From an uncultured Candidatus Saccharibacteria bacterium (lineage in GTDB: Bacteria > Patescibacteriota > WWE3 > UBA101185 > UBA10185): a stretch of DNA of 64,000 bases. The position numbers were made by a program, and so were the translations under genes. Each line of letters opens with the position of its first letter. The first letter of the stretch is position 1. Where the stretch lies: contig CAZBAJ010000002.1 of NCBI GenBank assembly GCA_964490125.1, forward strand, positions 23,011 to 87,010. Reading direction: 5' to 3'. Of this stretch, positions 1 to 10,506 are shown one piece after another. The notes under the pieces are model-generated. The model did not search any database. It was not told the DNA's origin and saw only the letters and a list, made by a program, of their open reading frames with translations.

Positions 1-1317
1 TAAAAATAAGACGAGCCCAAAGATTCCGGTTTCTACCAAAATTAGCGCAAAAATATTATGGACGGGCTGGTAAAACCTTGTTAAAACGGGATCGGTGTAA
101 AAAGGCTGGGAGCTGTATGTAAAAGAATTTAAACCCCAACCAAAAAAAGGCTTTTGTAAAAACATTTGGTATGACGCTGTAAGAAGCAGTGCGCGACGGT
201 CGACGGAAAGCTGGGATTGGGTTGAATCGGTCGGCATGAGTTTTAACGCAGGACTTTTTAAAAGCGGAAACGCCAGACCTACTACAACAATCCCCGCGCC
301 AATTAAAATAACGACCGATTTATAAACACCTCCATGTGTCAGAGTCGTTGCACCTATCCCGTCCCCTACATTAGAACCCATACGCCGATGTAAACCTGCT
401 CGTTCGACCAACCAACAACCTAATAAAAACACTCCACCAAAAATCAAACCAACTTGCGCGGTAGTACTTTTTGTCAAAAACACTACATAGACTCCTACAC
501 TAAACAACACTAATCCCACGGCACTTAAAATCAATCGCTTTCCTTCTTGTCGACAAAACCAGCCTGCCAAAAAAGTTAAAGTGACGACAAGGTAACCCGC
601 CAAGATATTTGGGTGCTCAAAAGTTCCGTAGGGTGGGATTTTAACCGCCCCGCCGTAGCTTTCCTTGGCGATAAAGGGCGTGTAAATGTTGTAGGGCTGC
701 TCACCAAAAAATAGATAGTTTTTAAAAACAGCGGACTGGTTAGCAAATTGGGCAGCGCTTAATAAACTTAACAGCAGTAAATTTACGACGATGGAGGAAA
801 AAAACATTTGCCTGACAAGCCTTTTTCTAAATAAATCGGCGGATGTGATAAAAAACACAAGATATAACCCAAGCCGACAGAGAAAATACAACGAGGGAGT
901 CGACCGTCCCGCAAAGAATAAGGAAAACAAGCAAGCGAGCAAAAACAAGAGAACCAGTCTGACGGATACGGTATTCCACCGCGAGCTGATTCGATCGGCA
1001 GATTTGTGGGTCAAACTGGCGAGCGTAACAAAAATAACCAGAATGTCCTGTAAATATAAAGTGGGCACGAGGTAAGGAATCAAAGTACCTTCTAGATAAG
1101 AAGCGCTGATCTCGAAGTGTTTTCCAATATTCCAAGGTAAAATTAAAAACAAAATTATTGAAAGTTTTTCACCTGCCGATTCCTTAGTAAAGTTAATATA
1201 TAAATTCAGTAGTGGTTGTATTAGGTAGTGTGAGTTTGTGGATAGCTTCTGTAGATGCTGTGGGACCAGCTTTGCGACTTTTACAGGATGTTTAAAAAGT
1301 GATTTGTTTTTATTCAT
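1..1317 (-). CDS. O-antigen ligase (Wzy_C/WaaL-like) family membrane protein, 3' end outside window
   Basis: Not in ORF track (runs off the edge). Manual translation from ATG 1317 gives LPWNIGKHF..YLVPTLYLQDIL, PYGTFEHPNILAGY and QPVHNIFALILVETGIFG, motifs typical of this family. Start position uncertain. Confidence 0.85.
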   Translation of the reverse strand, partial: MNKNKSLFKHPVKVAKLVPQHLQKLSTNSHYLIQPLLNLYINFTKESAGEKLSIILFLILPWNIGKHFEISASYLEGTLIPYLVPTLYLQDILVIFVTLASLTHKSADRISSRWNTVSVRLVLLFLLACLFSLFFAGRSTPSLYFLCRLGLYLVFFITSADLFRKRLVRQMFFSSIVVNLLLLSLLSAAQFANQSAVFKNYLFFGEQPYNIYTPFIAKESYGGAVKIPPYGTFEHPNILAGYLVVTLTFLAGWFCRQEGKRLILSAVGLVLFSVGVYVVFLTKSTTAQVGLIFGGVFLLGCWLVERAGLHRRMGSNVGDGIGATTLTHGGVYKSVVILIGAGIVVVGLAFPLLKSPALKLMPTDSTQSQLSVDRRALLLTASYQMFLQKPFFGWGLNSFTYSSQPFYTDPVLTRFYQPVHNIFALILVETGIFGLVLFL

Positions 1318-1463
1318 AGACTTTTTTAGTGTGACAAATTTCCGCCGACTATCCCGTCGCCTTAAAACCTTTGTGCAAAACTTGCCCGTCGATGTGTGTA
1401 ATTTTGTGGAAAACTCTCCCAAGTTATCCACAAAACTTATAGAAATCTCTAAAGTTATCCACA
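1237..1463. promoter_or_regulatory. DnaA-box cluster downstream of dnaA, candidate oriC
   Basis: Perfect TTATCCACA at 1424-1432 and 1455-1463; near-matches TGTGGAAAA 1405-1413, TGTGGATAG 1237-1245, TGTGTGTAA 1393-1401. Confidence 0.75.
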
Positions 1464-1475
1464 ATCCAGCTCGTT

Positions 1476-2939
1476 TTAGGCGTAGACCGTTTGCAGGATA
1501 TTTGCGACATCTTGTTGAGTTTTGCTCACCGTTTTTAACTCGTCCTCTACTTTTTTTATACCGTGCAGAATGCTGGTGTGATCCCGTCCGCTAAAAAACT
1601 GGGCAATTGTCATATAAGGTGTTTTTGTAATGTCGTAGATTAAATACATGGCCATGTGTCTTGGTACCACCAAGTCCTGGGTTCTTTTAGTGCCTTTAAC
1701 ATCATCCATTTTTACGCTGTAATAAGTACACACTGCTTTTAGAATTTGGTGTAGGTTTACAGATTTTTTGTTTTGTTCAGGCAGTCTTTGATTAAGCTCT
1801 TTTGCTACAAAGTCCTTAGTGAGTTCCGTATTATTTGCTTTGCTGGCGGTGGAAATTTGCAGGTATGCGCCAAGAAGATCGCGGACATTGGTTTTTACAC
1901 TTAACGCAATGTAATCAACAATGTCGTTGGGAATTTTGTCACCTGCCTCGTCGCGCTTGTTGCGTAAAATTGCCGTTCGCATATCCAAATCGGGCGGTTG
2001 GATGTCCACTATCATCCCGCTTCCAAACCGCGATTTTATTCTGTCTTCCAGATCGGTAAAGTCTTTGGGCGGACGATCGGAGGTTAGCACAATTTGCCTT
2101 TGATTCATGTACAAAGCGTTAAAAGTGTGAAAAAACTCTTCTTGCGTGGAGTCGCGACCGGCAATAAACTGGACATCGTCAATTAAAAGAACATCCGCGG
2201 TTCTGTACTTTTCTCTAAATTTGTTCATAGTGTATTGTCCGCGACCTTTGGAGGTTTGCAGGGCTTCTACCAGCTGGTTAGTAAAATTTTCCCCTGTGCA
2301 GTACACGACTTTTAGGTTAGGTTTGGTCGACAGAATTTCATTGCCTACGGCCTGCATTAAATGGGTTTTACCAAGTCCTACGCCGGAATGAATAAATAGC
2401 GGATTGTAAGTTTCTCCGGGCCTTTCCGCCACGGCTTTTGCTACGGCGTAAGCAAGCTGGTTATTGGAACCCATTAAATAGTTCTCAAACACATACTTGA
2501 CGGAAAGGCCGGCTCCGTTGGTACCCCCACTCCCGTTAGTTTGCATGTTTGCCGTTGGACCTGCTGTCGATTGCTCCTGCCAATCCCCCAGTTTATTCTT
2601 TTTAGGACTTTCCGGCGCTTCCGCTTGGGCAAAGAGCGAACCTTTAGAAAAATCCCGTCTTCCTCCGTCGCCCCCAGTCCCCCCTTGGTCAACCTTACCT
2701 ACCACAAATCCCACAGTTTTATCGCCCATACCACACTTTTTTAAAAACTCCTCTACTACATTTTTAAACGCTTTTTCTACCACACTCACAGCATGACCGT
2801 CCGGGCAGAGGATGTTTACCTCCTTGTCGTGGATTTGCACACCCATTCTTTGCGAGTACATTTTGTATACGCTGGGGTTACCGGCAAGCTCAAGCTCGCT
2901 GGACAATTTTATCCACAAAGATTTTTCCTGATCTGTCAT
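1476..2939 (-). CDS. dnaA: Chromosomal replication initiator DnaA
   Basis: YNPLFIHSGVGLGKTHL Walker A, LLIDDVQF, QEEFFHTFN, RDHTSILHG domain IV. Confidence 0.99.
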   Translation of the reverse strand: MTDQEKSLWIKLSSELELAGNPSVYKMYSQRMGVQIHDKEVNILCPDGHAVSVVEKAFKNVVEEFLKKCGMGDKTVGFVVGKVDQGGTGGDGGRRDFSKGSLFAQAEAPESPKKNKLGDWQEQSTAGPTANMQTNGSGGTNGAGLSVKYVFENYLMGSNNQLAYAVAKAVAERPGETYNPLFIHSGVGLGKTHLMQAVGNEILSTKPNLKVVYCTGENFTNQLVEALQTSKGRGQYTMNKFREKYRTADVLLIDDVQFIAGRDSTQEEFFHTFNALYMNQRQIVLTSDRPPKDFTDLEDRIKSRFGSGMIVDIQPPDLDMRTAILRNKRDEAGDKIPNDIVDYIALSVKTNVRDLLGAYLQISTASKANNTELTKDFVAKELNQRLPEQNKKSVNLHQILKAVCTYYSVKMDDVKGTKRTQDLVVPRHMAMYLIYDITKTPYMTIAQFFSGRDHTSILHGIKKVEDELKTVSKTQQDVANILQTVYA

Positions 2940-3021
2940 AGTTTTGCGGGTGGGCAGGGTTTTGCTGAAGTTAGTTATATATAGTTATCCACAAGGTATC
3001 AAGCAACTTTGGTTATCCAAA
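2909..3021. promoter_or_regulatory. DnaA boxes at and upstream of the dnaA start
   Basis: TTATCCACA at 2909-2917 and 2985-2993; TTATCCAAA at 3013-3021. Confidence 0.7.
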
Positions 3022-3070
3022 ACAAACTTTCTGCTATGTGTAAAACACCAATAAACATCTGCTTGACCCG

Positions 3071-3120
3071 TCTTGACTCCAGTCAAGAAATAAGATAGAA
3101 TAATTGGGCTGGAGTCAAGA
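3071..3120 (+). promoter_or_regulatory. sigma70 promoter with twin palindromic operators
   Basis: TTGACT(3073)-17 nt-TAGAAT(3096); inverted repeat TCTTGACT-CC-AGTCAAGA 3071-3088 and an imperfect copy 3103-3120. Confidence 0.75.
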
Positions 3121-3121
3121 T

Positions 3122-4333
3122 ATGCAAAACCTCATAGAGTCGTACAACAAGTTATTAATTGAGCAAACCCCGTTATACAGGCGTAAGTTTTATGCCGATT
3201 TTAAAAAGGATGCTAGGTTTATCGGCATTATTGGTGCCAGGGGTGTTGGTAAAACCACCTTTCTATTAAACTATTTGCGGGAGAATTACAAGGATTCTGA
3301 CCAGGCTTTGTATGTGTCGGCCGACAATTTATATTTTGTAGAACACACGCTTTTAGAAACCGCGGACAAGTTTGTAAAAGAGTACAACGGTCAATTATTG
3401 TGCATTGACGAGGTTCACAAATATAAAAACTGGAATCAGGAATTAAAGAATATTTACGACTCATACCCCAAGCTTTCCGTACTTTTTTCCGGAAGTTCCA
3501 GCATGAGTCTGATTAAAGGACATTACGATCTTTCCAGGCGGGCAATCTTAAAAACCTTGTACGGCTTTTCTTTTAGAGAATACCTAGAGGTGCAAGAAAA
3601 AACAGAGTATCCCGTGCTTACCGTGTCGGACATTATAAAAAACCACACCAAATACGCCAAGGAATTAATGGCAACGCCAAAGCTACTAGGTCATTTTAAG
3701 TCGTACCTAAAACAAGGGTATTTTCCTACATTTATGGAGTTTTTATCTTACGATGCTTACAGAAGCAGTTTGCAAAGCGTTGTGGACAAAACGATTTTTG
3801 AAGACATCAGCTCTTTTTACTCGCTGTATACCTCAAGCCTAGATATTTTTAAGAAAATTTTGTACTTTTTTGCTACTTCGGAACCGGGCGGGGTAAACAT
3901 AAATAAATTGGCGCAAAGTTTGGCTAAAGACAATTCCACAATTTCCGACTACATTCAGATTTTAAAAGAACTGGGGTTGTTAAGGTTTTTGTTGACGAAC
4001 AAGCAAGGTCACGCTTTGGTTAGAAACGCGGAAAAGATTTATTTAGATAACCCCAACCTACTTTATGCTTTAAACGATGAGGCTGGTAGGGATGTTTTAG
4101 CGGGTACCCTGCGGGAACTTTTTGTTATTTCCAGTATTCAAAACTCCGGTGAGCGTGTGTACTTTTCACCGGTAGGGGATGTTGAGTGTGCTGGTCATGT
4201 ATTTGAAATTGGTGGGACGGGCAAGCGGACATCCTCCCTACACGGGGTGCAAAACGGTTTTATTGTTATGGACGACATTTTAATAGGCGATCCCAAGACC
4301 ATTCCTTTGTATCTGTTTGGATTTTTGTCCTAA
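3122..4333 (+). CDS. AAA_14 ATPase with DUF4143 C-terminal domain
   Basis: [37 protein letters not shown] 3122 preferred to TTG 3104 because of promoter position. Confidence 0.9.
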   Translation: MQNLIESYNKLLIEQTPLYRRKFYADFKKDARFIGIIGARGVGKTTFLLNYLRENYKDSDQALYVSADNLYFVEHTLLETADKFVKEYNGQLLCIDEVHKYKNWNQELKNIYDSYPKLSVLFSGSSSMSLIKGHYDLSRRAILKTLYGFSFREYLEVQEKTEYPVLTVSDIIKNHTKYAKELMATPKLLGHFKSYLKQGYFPTFMEFLSYDAYRSSLQSVVDKTIFEDISSFYSLYTSSLDIFKKILYFFATSEPGGVNINKLAQSLAKDNSTISDYIQILKELGLLRFLLTNKQGHALVRNAEKIYLDNPNLLYALNDEAGRDVLAGTLRELFVISSIQNSGERVYFSPVGDVECAGHVFEIGGTGKRTSSLHGVQNGFIVMDDILIGDPKTIPLYLFGFLS

Positions 4334-4353
4334 TCCTGTATAATAACCACGCT

Positions 4354-4512
4354 ATGCCAAAGACAAAAAGAACATTTCAACCAAAAGTCCGCAAACGAGT
4401 GCGATGCCACGGCTTTATGAAGCGCATGTCCACTACTGGTGGCAAGCGTGTGTTAAAAAGACGGATGTTAAAAGGTCGTAAAGTGCTGGCACGAGAGTTA
4501 AAGAAAAAGTAA
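4354..4512 (+). CDS. rpmH: 50S ribosomal protein L34
   Basis: Manual translation [45 protein letters not shown]...; precedes rnpA. Confidence 0.97.
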   Translation: MPKTKRTFQPKVRKRVRCHGFMKRMSTTGGKRVLKRRMLKGRKVLARELKKK

Positions 4513-4593
4513 GATCCTTGTAAACCCGTCGCTCGCAGGCAAGCCGGGCCGGTCATTCACCCAAAATACTGTCAAATATAGTAAACTTTACCC

Positions 4594-4980
4594 ATGCTAC
4601 CAAAGAAAAACAGAATCCATACTCGGTTTGAGTTTGGAAAAGTCAAAAAGTTTGGCGATTCGTACAGGTATCGCTACTTTTACCTTTCCGCTTTGCCCAT
4701 AAGTCGGTTAGAAAAAATCTCAAGAGGTAGGTGGGACATTGGCGGGCAGACGCAGGTGGGTTTTTTAATTTCTAACAAATTTCATAAAAACGCGGTGGTG
4801 CGTAATAGAGTCAAGCGACTTTTTAGGGAGAGCGTCCGCCAAAATTTTGATAGAATACCCAAAGTTACGGTGGGCTGGTGGTTGGTTTTTAACCCCAGAT
4901 TTAGTTGTTTAGGCGCAAGTTATGAAGACATTAATACTGAAGTTGCTAAAGTTCTACAAAAGTTATCTGTCGCCAGGTAG
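4594..4980 (+). CDS. rnpA: RNase P protein component
   Basis: MLPKKNRI start, AVVRNRVKRLFRE RNR motif, synteny. Confidence 0.95.
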   Translation: MLPKKNRIHTRFEFGKVKKFGDSYRYRYFYLSALPISRLEKISRGRWDIGGQTQVGFLISNKFHKNAVVRNRVKRLFRESVRQNFDRIPKVTVGWWLVFNPRFSCLGASYEDINTEVAKVLQKLSVAR

Positions 4981-5137
4981 GTTTGGGTTAAAGATTTGTC
5001 GGTTTGAACCCAGCTGTTCCAGATACACTTACGAGGCGGTGCAAAAGCATGGAATTGTCAAGGGGCTTTTGCTAGGTGGTTGGCGTGTGTTAAGATGTAA
5101 TCCGTTTAGTAAGGGTGGGTATGATCCTGTGGTTTAG
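4922..5137 (+). CDS. yidD: Membrane protein insertion efficiency factor
   Basis: CRFEPSCSRY, RCNPFSKGGYDPV. Confidence 0.96.
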   Translation: MKTLILKLLKFYKSYLSPGRFGLKICRFEPSCSRYTYEAVQKHGIVKGLLLGGWRVLRCNPFSKGGYDPVV

Positions 5138-5172
5138 GAATTAAATAGTAATTAGATGGGTGGTTTGTGTAA

Positions 5173-5250
5173 AAGCGGGGTAGTTCTAACGAGCGATCCC
5201 GCAGTCCGCCAAAGGCGGACGAGGACCTAGCGAGGTGAACTACCCCGCTT
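5173..5250. repeat. Nested palindromic (REP-like) element
   Basis: 14-bp perfect inverted repeat AAGCGGGGTAGTTC/GAACTACCCCGCTT enclosing hairpin GTCCGCC-AAA-GGCGGAC (5204-5220). Confidence 0.75.
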
Positions 5251-5273
5251 GAAACTAGGACAGGAACTAACAA

Positions 5274-6047
5274 ATGTCAGAACTATGGAACACAGCACTA
5301 ATAAACCCGCTCATGAACGCGATGATTCTGTTGTATCGCTATGTGGGCAACCTGGGCTTGGCAATAATAATCCTATCTTTTTTTGTCCGACTGGTGATGG
5401 TGCCCTTTTTTGTCCCCAACCTAAAAACCGCTAAAAAACAGCGGGATCTTAAGCCGGAGTTGGATGCGCTACGAGAAAAATATAAGCACGACAAAAAAAA
5501 GCAGGCAGAAATGCAGATGGAGCTGTTTAAAAAACACGGCATTAATCCTGCCTCGGGCTGTCTAACCAACATTGTTACATTACTTATTCCCATTGCCCTG
5601 TACGGTGTAATTAACCAGGTTTCCCGGGCGACGGATATTACCGTTATTAACCCCAAACTTTACGCGGATTGGTTGCGGTTTGGCGCAGGCGAACTTTTGA
5701 ATAGTCGTTTCTTGCTGTTTGATATGGCCAAGCCGGACAGAACCTTTATCCTGCCGGTTTTGTGCGCTGTTTTGCAGTTTGCGTCGTCCAAAATGATGTT
5801 GCCCGCCATAAACAAAGCAGAAAAGCTGGCGGACAAAACGCCCCAAAAGTCGGACGATATGATGTACAACATGCAGGAGCAAATGCTGTACATGTTTCCG
5901 GTGATGATGCTGATTTTTGGTTTTAGTTTGCCTGCCGGTGTCATGCTTAATATTTTTGTCAGCACGGTGTTTACTTTAGTCCAAAGCTACTTTGTAATGG
6001 GCTGGGGCGGGCTTACTCCCCTTGTCCAAAAGCTAAAAAAGGCGTAA
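5274..6047 (+). CDS. yidC: YidC/Oxa1 insertase (short monoderm type)
   Basis: GLAIIILS..VR, MELFKKHGINPASGCL, LPAGVML; synteny. Confidence 0.95.
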   Translation: MSELWNTALINPLMNAMILLYRYVGNLGLAIIILSFFVRLVMVPFFVPNLKTAKKQRDLKPELDALREKYKHDKKKQAEMQMELFKKHGINPASGCLTNIVTLLIPIALYGVINQVSRATDITVINPKLYADWLRFGAGELLNSRFLLFDMAKPDRTFILPVLCAVLQFASSKMMLPAINKAEKLADKTPQKSDDMMYNMQEQMLYMFPVMMLIFGFSLPAGVMLNIFVSTVFTLVQSYFVMGWGGLTPLVQKLKKA

Positions 6048-6065
6048 GTGTGGTAGAATAACGCA

Positions 6066-6512
6066 ATGCAAAAAACTATTTTAGAAAATTTAGTTAAAAC
6101 TACTTTAAATCAGTTGCGGGTTTCGTACGACTGTACAATTAAAGATGCGGACGACGGCGTGCTGGTGAAAATTACCGGTAACGAGCTTAATCATTTAATA
6201 GGTTATCGGGGCGACGCTTTAAATGCGCTCCAGCACTTTTTGAATTCTGCCTATTATAACGGGGCGGGCGAGTATGTTAGAGTGCTTGTGGATATTAACG
6301 GCTATCGCGATCAGCGCAAGGATAAGCTGGAGGACATGGCTAAAAGTTTTATCGACCGCGTGCGGTTTTTTAGTCAGGAAGTAGAAATGCCTCCCATGAA
6401 TCCTAGCGAGCGCAGAATTGTGCACAGCTTTGTTTCCGAGTACGACGATGTGACTAGTGAAAGCGTTGGGGTTGGACGGGACAGACGGGTAGTTCTAAAA
6501 CCTAAGAAATAA
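6066..6512 (+). CDS. jag: Jag/KhpB RNA-binding protein (KH + R3H)
   Basis: LIGYRGDALNALQH, MNPSERRIVH, SESVGVGRDRRVV. Confidence 0.93.
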   Translation: MQKTILENLVKTTLNQLRVSYDCTIKDADDGVLVKITGNELNHLIGYRGDALNALQHFLNSAYYNGAGEYVRVLVDINGYRDQRKDKLEDMAKSFIDRVRFFSQEVEMPPMNPSERRIVHSFVSEYDDVTSESVGVGRDRRVVLKPKK

Positions 6513-6526
6513 CAAATAGAAGTTTT

Positions 6527-7657
6527 ATGAAGCTAAAATGCACGCAGGAAAATTTATCCAGGGCGCTTTCCATCGTCAACAAGGCAGTGTCCGTTAAAGC
6601 TACCTTGCCGATTCTTGGTAATATACTTTTTACGGCAAAAGACGGCACCTTTTCTCTAGCGTCGTCCAACTTAGAAACCTCTATTCAAACCACCCTACAC
6701 GCTTCTATTGAGGAGGACGGTGTGGTGGCGGTGCCGGCAAAACTTTTTAACGAATTTGTCACCAGTTTGTTGCCCGGCAATTTGGAATTAATCACGGAAA
6801 AAAATACCATAAAGGTTGTAGCCACGGGTAGTAGCGCCAAGTTTACCTGCATGTCCGCGGAGGACTTCCCCGCAATTCCCGTGGCAAAAAAAGGTGTGGG
6901 GGTAAGTTTAAATGCCAGGGAGTTTAGTTTTGCGGTGCAAGTGTGTTCTTTTTGCGCGGCAACAGGTGATTCCAGACCAGCGCTTACGGGCGTGTTACTT
7001 AAAAAACTTGGGGGCGACTTTGTGGTTGTGGCAACCGACGGTTATAGACTTTCGGAAAAAACTTTAACCCTGGATGAAAATTCCTCCGGTGAGGAGGATT
7101 TTAGCTTGTTGGTTCCGGCAAAAACATTGGGGGAAATTGCCAGAATGTTTGGTACATCGGAGGATACAGTTAAGCTTACTTTTAGCGACTCGGAGAACTT
7201 GGCGGTTTTTGCGTGCGGAAACAGCGTTATTTCTATTAGAATTTTGGACGGTGAGTTTCCTGATTACAAAAAAATAATTCCTGCTAACCACACTTTAACC
7301 GCGCACGCAAAAACCGCCGAACTTTTGCAAGCCATTAAAGTTGCCAATGTTTTTGCCAAAGACTCCAAGGAAGGTAATAACCTTTTGCGACTTACTTTGG
7401 ATCCCTCCGGCAAATGCTTGGTTTATTCCACCACCTCCCAAAGCGGTGAAGGTTCCGTGGATTTAACAATGGTTGTTGATGGTCCGGAACCACAGACGCT
7501 TAATTTTAACTCTAAATATCTGCTGGACTTCTTTAATAATGTAAAATGTGAGGAAGTAGACTTGTTTAGCGGAAGCGAGTCCACCCCCTGCCTTTTTAAG
7601 TCACCCAGCATAGACAACTTTTTGCACCTGATTATGCCCGTCAAACTAAACAACTAA
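6527..7657 (+). CDS. dnaN: DNA polymerase III beta clamp
   Basis: TLPILGNIL, VATDGYRLS, GEFPDYKKIIP, HLIMPV. Confidence 0.98.
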   Translation: MKLKCTQENLSRALSIVNKAVSVKATLPILGNILFTAKDGTFSLASSNLETSIQTTLHASIEEDGVVAVPAKLFNEFVTSLLPGNLELITEKNTIKVVATGSSAKFTCMSAEDFPAIPVAKKGVGVSLNAREFSFAVQVCSFCAATGDSRPALTGVLLKKLGGDFVVVATDGYRLSEKTLTLDENSSGEEDFSLLVPAKTLGEIARMFGTSEDTVKLTFSDSENLAVFACGNSVISIRILDGEFPDYKKIIPANHTLTAHAKTAELLQAIKVANVFAKDSKEGNNLLRLTLDPSGKCLVYSTTSQSGEGSVDLTMVVDGPEPQTLNFNSKYLLDFFNNVKCEEVDLFSGSESTPCLFKSPSIDNFLHLIMPVKLNN

Positions 7658-7692
7658 CTTACCAATAAATCCCGTTTATTGTATACGCTGGA

Positions 7693-9780
7693 CTAAATAA
7701 GCGGGGCGGAGTCGCCAATAGGTCTGTAAATCATTTTTTCAGGCGGTTCACCTGACGATGGGTTCGGTTGGGGACTTGTGCCAGATTGGCTTGGGTTTGA
7801 TTGAGGGTTAGAAGTGGGAGGTTGATTAGATCCAATCCCTTGAGAGCTTGATTGACTTCCCTGAACAACGGGTCTTGGTTGACTTGGCTGATTCGCTTGG
7901 CTGGCTTGATACGCCGGCTTAGGTTGGGGTCTGTTTGACGCTTCCAAAATAGCTTTACCGCTAATTAGTCCGCGCTCACGCAATTTTAATAACTCCGCTG
8001 GATTAGTAGTAATTAAATTATGCTCCGCCTCACTAGCTACCACCCTTATAGCCACATGATTCGCACCGGCAAAAAACAGCCCTTCACCCTGTCCAGCGCC
8101 CAGCAAAAGCCGTTTTTCTCCCTCGGACAAATAGAAAGTGTCAGCCACTTTGTCTATGGCGGCCGGGTGCTGTTTAAGCAAAACTTGAATAGACGAGTTA
8201 GTAACAATTGCCTTGCCGTATTCGCTGGTCAAAAAGTCGTCTACATCTTGGGAAATTGTTGTTAAACCCAAATAATACTTGCGCGCCCGCTTGGCAATGC
8301 CGTAAATAAATCGTGCAGAATCTTCGTTTTGCATTAGATACCACGCCTCCTCAACAATTAAAATCCGCTTTTTTAGGTCGCGCCTAATTTTTGTCCAAAT
8401 AAAGTCCAAAATAATATAAAACGCAATGGGGCGCAAAATATCTTCCAAATTTTTGGTAGAAAACACCGTCATTTTGCTATTTAGGTTGACATTAGACTGC
8501 GAGTCAAAAATGCCCGTGAGCGAGCCTTTAATATAGCGTTCTAACCGCTCCGCCATGCCTTTAGCCTCCGGTTCGTCCGCGCCCAGTAAGACTTTGTACA
8601 AGTCCTCCATAACCGGCGGTTCTTTGGACATTTGAGTTTCTGGGTCGGGCGTAATGCCTTTAATACGGTAAGTTTCTATAAGTGCGCGGTCTAAAATAGC
8701 CTCTTCCGCCGACGACATGTCCTTAAAAATTAGTTTTAACAAGGTGTGGAGTGATAAAATCTTTTGACCCAACTCGTTTTCCCCCTCTACGGCAATGTTA
8801 GAAAGGTCAAACGGGTTTATGCGCGACTGCGAGTTGGCGGAAAAGCTAATAAAGTCGCCACCTACCGCCTCACACAGCATTTTGTATTCTTCTTCCACAT
8901 CGATAATAATAATTTCTGACCCAAAGACCAGCGAACGCAAAGCCTCCAGTTTTACAAAATACGACTTTCCTGCGCCGGACTTAGCAAAAATAACCGTGTT
9001 GGCGTTTTCCATGGAGAAGCGGTCAAAAATAATGAGCGACCCGTTGTGACGGTTAATGCCGTACATGATGCCGGTTTCTTGGGTTAAGTCGGACGAAGTA
9101 AACGGAAAGGTTGTGGCAAGGCTGGTGGTGTCCATGTTGCGGGTAATTAGCAACTTGTCCAGCGCGGTAGGTATGGTGGACTGAAAAGCCTGTTCCATTT
9201 GGAGCGTTGCGGTTTTAGAAATAAGGAGAAGCGATCCTAAAGTGCTTTCTACCTTTGATTTTACAGTTTTAAGCTCGTCTAAAGTTTCCGCCGGAATAGT
9301 AATGTAAAAACTAAACTGAAAAAACCGCTCAATACCTTTAACTAATTGTTCCTGTAAAGCGTGAGCATCTTCTAGTGCGGAGGTTACGGTGGGGTCCTCG
9401 ATCTTGCCCCTTTCGCGGTCGGTTCTTACTGTCGCTTCCATTTCTGTAATCTTCTTTTTTAAATCCTCCAATATGCCTTTGGACTTTACGGGGTAGTAGA
9501 ACATAGAAAGATCCAAAGTGTGGTCAAAGTTAATAATGGGCGACAGCCAGTTAGCGCCAACAAACCTTGGATAGCCGGAAACAAACAAGGTGGTGTAATA
9601 ATTTGAGCCAATGCGGATGTGATCAAAATCCACCTCTACGGCGGATGGGGCAATAATATCTTTAATATTAATCATGCCCTTGGCCATATCCTCTGGCGTG
9701 GCTACTTTTTCGTGGTCGACTTTAGGCTTTTGCGCCTCGGTCTGTTTTTTTATATCCTTTTTACCTAATGTAAATTTCAT
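7693..9780 (-). CDS. VirB4/TraE-like secretion ATPase with Pro/Gln/Ser-rich tail
   Basis: AKSGAGKS Walker A, INPFDL, IVEEAW, KRARKY, GEGLF. Confidence 0.92.
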   Translation of the reverse strand: MKFTLGKKDIKKQTEAQKPKVDHEKVATPEDMAKGMINIKDIIAPSAVEVDFDHIRIGSNYYTTLFVSGYPRFVGANWLSPIINFDHTLDLSMFYYPVKSKGILEDLKKKITEMEATVRTDRERGKIEDPTVTSALEDAHALQEQLVKGIERFFQFSFYITIPAETLDELKTVKSKVESTLGSLLLISKTATLQMEQAFQSTIPTALDKLLITRNMDTTSLATTFPFTSSDLTQETGIMYGINRHNGSLIIFDRFSMENANTVIFAKSGAGKSYFVKLEALRSLVFGSEIIIIDVEEEYKMLCEAVGGDFISFSANSQSRINPFDLSNIAVEGENELGQKILSLHTLLKLIFKDMSSAEEAILDRALIETYRIKGITPDPETQMSKEPPVMEDLYKVLLGADEPEAKGMAERLERYIKGSLTGIFDSQSNVNLNSKMTVFSTKNLEDILRPIAFYIILDFIWTKIRRDLKKRILIVEEAWYLMQNEDSARFIYGIAKRARKYYLGLTTISQDVDDFLTSEYGKAIVTNSSIQVLLKQHPAAIDKVADTFYLSEGEKRLLLGAGQGEGLFFAGANHVAIRVVASEAEHNLITTNPAELLKLRERGLISGKAILEASNRPQPKPAYQASQANQPSQPRPVVQGSQSSSQGIGSNQPPTSNPQSNPSQSGTSPQPNPSSGEPPEKMIYRPIGDSAPLI

Positions 9781-9786
9781 GTTAGT

Positions 9787-10488
9787 TTATTCTTCCAAAA
9801 TTGCCGGTTGGACTACGGCAGTTTGATAGTCGCTTATATTAGTCCGCACCCGCTGACCGTGAATAGACGACGGATTGTAGATTTCAAAAAACAATTCTAC
9901 CAACTCCTGGGTTGTCAACCGCCTACTCCGTACGCCAATGCGGTTAAACTCTTTAACTACATGGTCAATTTTAGCGGGAAGCTCTATTCCAGCGCGCCTT
10001 TCTGCTTGCTCCAAATTTACAGACGACTTGCGTTTGTGCATACCAAAAAGTCGCCAAAGCGGGTCCATGGGGCTTGAGCCTAACTCTTTGGCATTAGTGG
10101 GGGCGGACGGAATAGATACATAAAACTTTTTATCCAAAACATCGTTGGTTTGAATTAAGTCCTGCACAAACTTACGGTACGCTTCACATTGAAATTTAAG
10201 TAACGGGTCTTTTTGCTGTTGTTCCACTTTATAAACTAAGTCAATATATTTAGAAATATCCAGTCTTTTTGACCTAACCATAACTTGGATAGGAAAAGTG
10301 AGCGAATTTAGCAACATAGAAAAAGCCCCAATCATAGCATCCTGCTCAATTTCGGAAAGCAAATCAAAGTTAACCGCTGTGGTTTGAATAACCGCCACCA
10401 CCCCACCCGTCTTTAAAAACACATAGTCGTTTTTTATGTCCTCAATGTCCAGATGTTCTTGAGTTGTACTTTTAATTAGTTCCGGCAT
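9787..10488 (-). CDS. T4SS-associated protein found beside VirB4 in CPR clusters
   Basis: TQEHLDIEDI, AVNFDLLSEIEQDA, LNSLTFPIQ, LTTQELVELF..IYNP; position between PrgI and VirB4. Confidence 0.75.
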   Translation of the reverse strand: MPELIKSTTQEHLDIEDIKNDYVFLKTGGVVAVIQTTAVNFDLLSEIEQDAMIGAFSMLLNSLTFPIQVMVRSKRLDISKYIDLVYKVEQQQKDPLLKFQCEAYRKFVQDLIQTNDVLDKKFYVSIPSAPTNAKELGSSPMDPLWRLFGMHKRKSSVNLEQAERRAGIELPAKIDHVVKEFNRIGVRSRRLTTQELVELFFEIYNPSSIHGQRVRTNISDYQTAVVQPAILEE

Positions 10489-10506
10489 TTGTTTTATTGT
10501 AACACG

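Noticed and set aside
1476-1490. DnaA C-terminus (VYA) resembling the tmRNA tag end as a degron
   Set aside because: A two- to three-residue match is too short to support.
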